Below are positions 61,654 through 64,000 of a stretch of 64,000 bases of DNA, in pieces (the first letter of the stretch is position 1; every line of letters begins with the position of its first letter). The notes under the pieces are model-generated. The model did no database searches, was not told the DNA's origin, and saw only the letters and a list, made by a program, of their open reading frames with translations. The translations under genes were made by a program, and so were the position numbers. Source of the DNA: Gaiellales bacterium (GTDB lineage: Bacteria > Actinomycetota > Thermoleophilia > Gaiellales > SKUG01); assembly GCA_038212015.1 (NCBI GenBank), contig JBBQUY010000003.1:4237-68236 (forward strand), given 5' to 3'.

Positions 61654-64000
61654 GTGAAGAGCGCCGAGATCCGCCAGACCTTCCTCGATCACTTCGCCGT
61701 GGACCACGGCCATCTCGAGGTGCCGAGCGCATCGCTCATCCCGAGTGCGTACGACCCGTCGATCCTGCTCAACACGGCCGGCATGCAGCCGTTCATGCCG
61801 TACTTCCTCGGTCAGGACACGCCGCCCGCATCGAAGCTCACGTCGTGCCAGAAGTGCTTCCGGACCGTCGACATCGACGAAGTCGGCCTCACCGCGCGCC
61901 ACATGACGTTCTTCGAGATGCTCGGCAACTTCTCGTTCGGCGACTACTTCAAGCGCGACGCCATCCAGATGGCGTGGGACCTGATCATCGACAAGTTCCA
62001 GATCCCGCTCGACAAGCTCTGGGTCACCGTCCACGAAGGCAACGACGAGCTCGGCCTCGGCCTCGACACCGAAGCGCGCGACCTGTGGATCGAAGTCGGC
62101 ATGCCGGCAGACCGCATCGTCGCGCTCGGCGACGACAACTTCTGGAAGGCCGGCGCCACCGGACCCTGTGGTCCGTGCAGCGAGATCTTCTACGATCGCG
62201 GCCCCGACTGGGGCCCCGACGGCAAGCCCGGCGACGAGGGTGACCGCTACCTCGAGTTCTACAACCTCGTGTTCATGCAGTACCGACGCGACTCCGCCGG
62301 CAAGCTCCACGAGCTGCCCAACAAGAACATCGACACGGGGATGGGCCTGGAGCGCATCACGTCGATCCTGCAGGACAACGTCTCGATCTTCGAGATCGAC
62401 TCGGTACTGCCGATCACGCGCTGGGCCGAGCAGCACTCCGGTCTCACCTACGGCGAAGACGATGCCGTCACCAAGGCGATGCGCGTGCTCATCGACCACG
62501 GCCGCGGCATGACGTTCCTGGCGAGCGACGGCGTCCAGCCCTCCAACGAAGGACGCGGCTACGTGCTGCGGCGCGTCATCCGCCGCGCGATCCAGCACGC
62601 CGATCGCATCGGCCTGTACCCGAATCGTGAGGCGGGCCCGCTCACGGACCTGCACGCGCTCGTCGTCGACATGTTCGGCCCGCAGCATCCGGCGCTCGTC
62701 GAGCAGCGAAGCTTCGTCGCCGACCTGCTGCGTGCCGAGGAGGAGCGCTTCCTGCGCAGTCTCGATACCGGCACGAAGCTGCTCGAGGGCGTGCTCGCCG
62801 AGACGCCGGCTGGGGGAGTCGTGGCGGGAGACGCCGCATTCCAGCTGCATGACACCCACGGCTTCCCGGTCGAGCTCACCGAGGAGCTGGCGGGGGAGCG
62901 CGGCTTCACCGTCGACCGAGGACGGTTCGACGAGCTCATGCAGCAGCAGCGCGAACGTGCACGGGCGGCCGGTGGATCTGGCACGTTGCCGACCGAGCAG
63001 GCCGCGACGTTCGTGCGAAGCGCGCCCGCCGGCGAGTTCGTCGGCTATGACTCCCTCGAGGTCGAAACGCGCATCGCGGCGCTCGAGCCGATCACCGGTG
63101 ACGAGGCGGGCCAGCGGGTGCTCATCAAGCTCGAGCAGACGCCGTTCTATGCCGAAGGCGGTGGCCAGGTCGCCGACGCGGGCGACGTGGTCGGCCCCCA
63201 CGGCATCGCAGTGGTCGAAGCCGTGATGCGCTTCGACGGCGACCAGGTGATCGTCGCCACCGTCGACGGCGTCCTGGCCACAGGCGATGCGGTTGCCGCG
63301 AAGGTCTATCCCGAACATCGCCTGCCGACCCAGTCCAACCACACAGCCACGCACCTGCTGCACAAGGCGCTGCAGGACGTGCTCGGCGATCACGTGCGTC
63401 AGGCCGGTTCGCTCGTGGAGCCCGGCCGCCTGCGCTTCGACTTCTCGCACACGTCCGGCATGACCGCGGAAGAGATCGCCCAGGTCGAGCGAATCGCGAA
63501 CGAGCGTGTCGCCGCGGCCGAACCGGTGACGTGGGAGGAGGTCGACATCGACACCGCCCGCGAGCGTGGCGCGACGATGCTCTTCGGTGAGAAGTACGGC
63601 GACGTGGTTCGCATGGTCGGCGTCGGCGACGGATCCTGGTCGCTCGAGCTGTGCGGTGGAACGCACGTGGAGAACACCGGGCAGATCGGCACCGTGCTCG
63701 TGCTCGGTGAATCGAGCATCGGCTCCAACACGCGCCGCATCGAGGCACTCACGGGAGAGGGCGCGATCAGCTGGCTGCGCGAGCGTGCCGATGCGGCCGA
63801 TGCCGCGGCGCGAACGCTCGGGGTCGACATCGATCGCCTGCAGGAGCGCGCCGACGAGCTGCAGAAGGCCAATCGCCGGCTCGAGAAGGAGCTGTCGGCG
63901 CTGCGCAGCGGCGGAGCGCTCGATGCTGCGCTCGCCGAGCGGGTCGATGCCGGCCCGTTCGCCGTGGTCGCCTACCGCGACGACTCGCTCGGTGGCGACG
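61654..64000 (+). CDS. alaS: alanine--tRNA ligase (3'-truncated by window)
   Basis: MKSAEIRQTFL, NTAGMQPF, CQKCFR, HMTFFEMLGNFSFGDYFK, GPCGPCSEI, DTGMGLER, NHTATHLL, ELCGGTHV. Confidence 0.97.
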   Translation, partial: MKSAEIRQTFLDHFAVDHGHLEVPSASLIPSAYDPSILLNTAGMQPFMPYFLGQDTPPASKLTSCQKCFRTVDIDEVGLTARHMTFFEMLGNFSFGDYFKRDAIQMAWDLIIDKFQIPLDKLWVTVHEGNDELGLGLDTEARDLWIEVGMPADRIVALGDDNFWKAGATGPCGPCSEIFYDRGPDWGPDGKPGDEGDRYLEFYNLVFMQYRRDSAGKLHELPNKNIDTGMGLERITSILQDNVSIFEIDSVLPITRWAEQHSGLTYGEDDAVTKAMRVLIDHGRGMTFLASDGVQPSNEGRGYVLRRVIRRAIQHADRIGLYPNREAGPLTDLHALVVDMFGPQHPALVEQRSFVADLLRAEEERFLRSLDTGTKLLEGVLAETPAGGVVAGDAAFQLHDTHGFPVELTEELAGERGFTVDRGRFDELMQQQRERARAAGGSGTLPTEQAATFVRSAPAGEFVGYDSLEVETRIAALEPITGDEAGQRVLIKLEQTPFYAEGGGQVADAGDVVGPHGIAVVEAVMRFDGDQVIVATVDGVLATGDAVAAKVYPEHRLPTQSNHTATHLLHKALQDVLGDHVRQAGSLVEPGRLRFDFSHTSGMTAEEIAQVERIANERVAAAEPVTWEEVDIDTARERGATMLFGEKYGDVVRMVGVGDGSWSLELCGGTHVENTGQIGTVLVLGESSIGSNTRRIEALTGEGAISWLRERADAADAAARTLGVDIDRLQERADELQKANRRLEKELSALRSGGALDAALAERVDAGPFAVVAYRDDSLGGD

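Noticed and set aside
61477-63666. Long minus-strand ORF and other long shadow ORFs (e.g. 5420-7210, 21204-23291, 25006-26916, 55336-57678)
   Set aside because: Antisense shadows of real high-GC genes; alaS on the plus strand is the true gene at 61654 onward

Overview
High-GC bacterial chromosomal segment, most consistent with Actinomycetota class Thermoleophilia (inference from gene content and a 'RHLSYANVTSTIAL..GTAHA'-type signal peptide; no database search was run). Housekeeping content: tRNA-Glu(CTC), tRNA-Gln(CTG), an ABC-F ATPase, a peptide ABC importer (binding protein plus two permeases), two tandem M42 peptidases, a heterodimeric ABC exporter, a fragmented histidine-utilisation cluster (formiminotransferase, hutH, hutU, hutI), hisS-aspS, mnmA with an IscU-like N-terminal fusion, an anti-sigma/SigB-F pair and a partial alaS. 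Many of these genes appear leaderless (TANNNT, 6-7 nt, start codon). Interspersed among them are many orphan genes. Several carry sigma-28 (FliA/WhiG)-like promoters, Pro/Ala/Ser-rich N-termini without a Sec signal, shared paralogous domains, or hydrolase/toxin-like domains (endonuclease I, EEP, PLD, EndoU/BECR-like). This is the best candidate for an undescribed effector/secretion regulon. A second candidate system is a set of long palindromic repeats: one family overlaps the start of an AbiEi-DUF559 gene and recurs elsewhere, and other hairpins occur as doublets with a constant 62-bp period. A putative sigma-28-driven sRNA is also present. No CRISPR array, transposase or integrase was seen.
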